Below are positions 62,528-64,000 of a stretch of 64,000 nucleotides of DNA, one piece after another (the first letter of the stretch is position 1; the number at the start of each line of letters is the position of its first letter). Both the position numbers and the translations under genes were made by a program. Below the pieces are notes generated by a model. That model ran no database searches. It was not told the DNA's origin and was given only the letters and a program-made list of their open reading frames with translations. The stretch is from a virus (Duplodnaviria; Caudoviricetes): positions 1 through 64,000 of the IMG/VR virus record IMGVR_UViG_2695420662_000003. One strand, 5' to 3'.

Positions 62528-63292
62528 TTATTTATTAAAGAATTTTCCTGTTTCAGCACTGAAGTATATAGCCTTCTTGTTCCCACCATAACTATAAATT
62601 TGATTACAGATTAAACTTAAATATTCCTTAGATGTAGCACATTGCTTTAATTGAAAACTATTTGTTTCTAATTTACTTTCCATAATTTTTTGATCATAAT
62701 CAGATCTAGTGTATAGTTTTAAGAATGCAGATATAAAATTGGATTTTTTATAATGCTTGCTAAACTCTCCAATATTGAATTTTTCTAATGCTAATAAGAA
62801 TTTTACAACTTTCTCTTTTTCATCTAAAACAAAGTTTCCATTTCTGAAATTCTTTTTAAATATTGATGTTTTTTCACCTTGTAGAGTACAGAAAATTTTC
62901 ATCATTTCACTCACTGCGATTCCATATACTTGACACATATTTCTAAAATCTACGTAATCTTCATTCCCCAATTCAACGTGTTGTATTAGGAAGTCTTCAT
63001 TTGTCCATTTTTTACTTCCGTTCGTATTTGCTAATAAAACCTGGTTTATTCCATAATCTTCTTGCATTATATAATATATTGGCAATCCTAATTCTTTTGC
63101 AGCAGTGTATCTGTGTTGTCCATCAACGATTCCGCAAGAAGAATTGACAACTATAGGAATGACAAGTTGTTCCTTTTGCATACTTTCTTTTATTTTATCT
63201 ACATTCGCCCTATCTATTTCTCTATTTCCACGTAAAAAACTGAATAAATCATAATCTTTTGTTGCTAATACATCACATATTTTCTTAGCCAT
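62528..63292 (-). CDS. ParB/Sulfiredoxin-like N-terminal domain protein
   Basis: GNREID, PIVV, IVDGQHRYTAAKELG. Confidence 0.82.
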   Translation of the reverse strand: MAKKICDVLATKDYDLFSFLRGNREIDRANVDKIKESMQKEQLVIPIVVNSSCGIVDGQHRYTAAKELGLPIYYIMQEDYGINQVLLANTNGSKKWTNEDFLIQHVELGNEDYVDFRNMCQVYGIAVSEMMKIFCTLQGEKTSIFKKNFRNGNFVLDEKEKVVKFLLALEKFNIGEFSKHYKKSNFISAFLKLYTRSDYDQKIMESKLETNSFQLKQCATSKEYLSLICNQIYSYGGNKKAIYFSAETGKFFNK

Positions 63293-63297
63293 AGTCT

Positions 63298-63762
63298 CTA
63301 TTCTCCTTTATTTTTATTTTCTATATAATAATTTCGGTTACATTCCTTGCACCAAGATTGACCTTTGCTAAATTCAGTTATAGGTTTTTCTTTTCCACAC
63401 TTCGGACATGTTTTTAATTCAATTATCTTTTCCGGAGATTTTCTTTTGTGCTTCTTTTGGCATTCAATACAATTACTTGCTAACCCATCAGGTTTAGTTT
63501 TATTTTTGTAAAATAGTGATTTATGTAAGATACTATCACATTTTTTGCAATATTTATGTGTTTCTGGAATTTTGCTTTCGTCCACCCATGTAGCCCCAAT
63601 TTGTCGTGCTTTATTTGTTACTTGATTTCTTGTAAACCCCAATATATCTGCAAGTTCATTTATCGTGTACTCATGTGTCTTATAAACTTGCTTTAACATT
63701 GCTATTTTTTCGTCCGTCCATTTTGACAATCGTATCACTCCTCTAGTTCTTATCATTTTCAA
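63298..63762 (-). CDS. HTH plus zinc-ribbon DNA-binding protein
   Basis: WTDEK..INELADILGFTRNQV; CKKC..CIEC and CPKCG..CKEC. Confidence 0.7.
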   Translation of the reverse strand: MKMIRTRGVIRLSKWTDEKIAMLKQVYKTHEYTINELADILGFTRNQVTNKARQIGATWVDESKIPETHKYCKKCDSILHKSLFYKNKTKPDGLASNCIECQKKHKRKSPEKIIELKTCPKCGKEKPITEFSKGQSWCKECNRNYYIENKNKGE

Positions 63763-63836
63763 TTTTGTTTGAAATATGTATTCGAGATTTTTTATTTTCG
63801 GTCACAAAATCTTGAGTGAATAAATCTTATGGTTTG

Positions 63837-63865
63837 ATTATACAAAATTGATTTTTAAGTGTCAA
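63837..63865 (-). promoter_or_regulatory. Consensus sigmaA promoter
   Basis: TTGACA-17-TATAAT exact consensus. Confidence 0.85.
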
Positions 63866-64000
63866 TAGTTTTTATTTTGGTTTTATTTTTAAAAAAGGAC
63901 AGAACAGGACAGTATATCTTTTCTTGTCTTTCCTGTATTTAAAAGAAAAGTATTTAAAAGCATTTAAAAGCATTTAGGACATATTGTGATTAGGTGATTG

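Noticed and set aside
63890-63980. Short direct repeats (AGGACAG twice, AAAAGCATTTA twice) as origin iterons
   Set aside because: Too short and few, and cut by the window edge

Overview
AT-rich 64-kb segment of a large temperate phage (or phage-plasmid) of an anaerobic low-GC Firmicute, most likely Clostridium; gene content resembles large c-st/SPbeta-type siphophages. Positions 1-2513 are on the + strand (partial HNH endonuclease, stand-alone integrase N-terminal domain, ParM-like actin plus two RHH proteins). Everything after a convergent terminator is on the - strand and forms the early/replication region: ATP-dependent ligase, dUTPase, beta-CASP nuclease, ClpP-like peptidase, RuvC, type IIA topoisomerase subunits, orphan MazF, two DNA methyltransferases, NrdDG, amidase, DnaE, PD-(D/E)XK nuclease, primase, DnaB, Sak4-like ATPase, ThyX, FolD, several free-standing homing endonucleases and dense arrays of tiny ORFs. 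No rRNA, tRNA or CRISPR array was seen. Main unexplained signals: (1) about 60 strand-polar copies of GTACATAT on the mRNA-like strand, containing the Firmicute MazF cut site UACAU and often sitting in translation-initiation regions, in a genome that encodes its own antitoxin-less MazF; (2) about 28 copies of an 18-bp palindrome WTRAAA-N6-TTTYAT at gene junctions that bracket small genes like cassettes; (3) a gyrB/parE reading-frame break at an RF2-like SD-3nt-CUC-UGA signal; (4) a 15-bp operator in a set of sigmaA promoters. All motif counts are manual scans and approximate.
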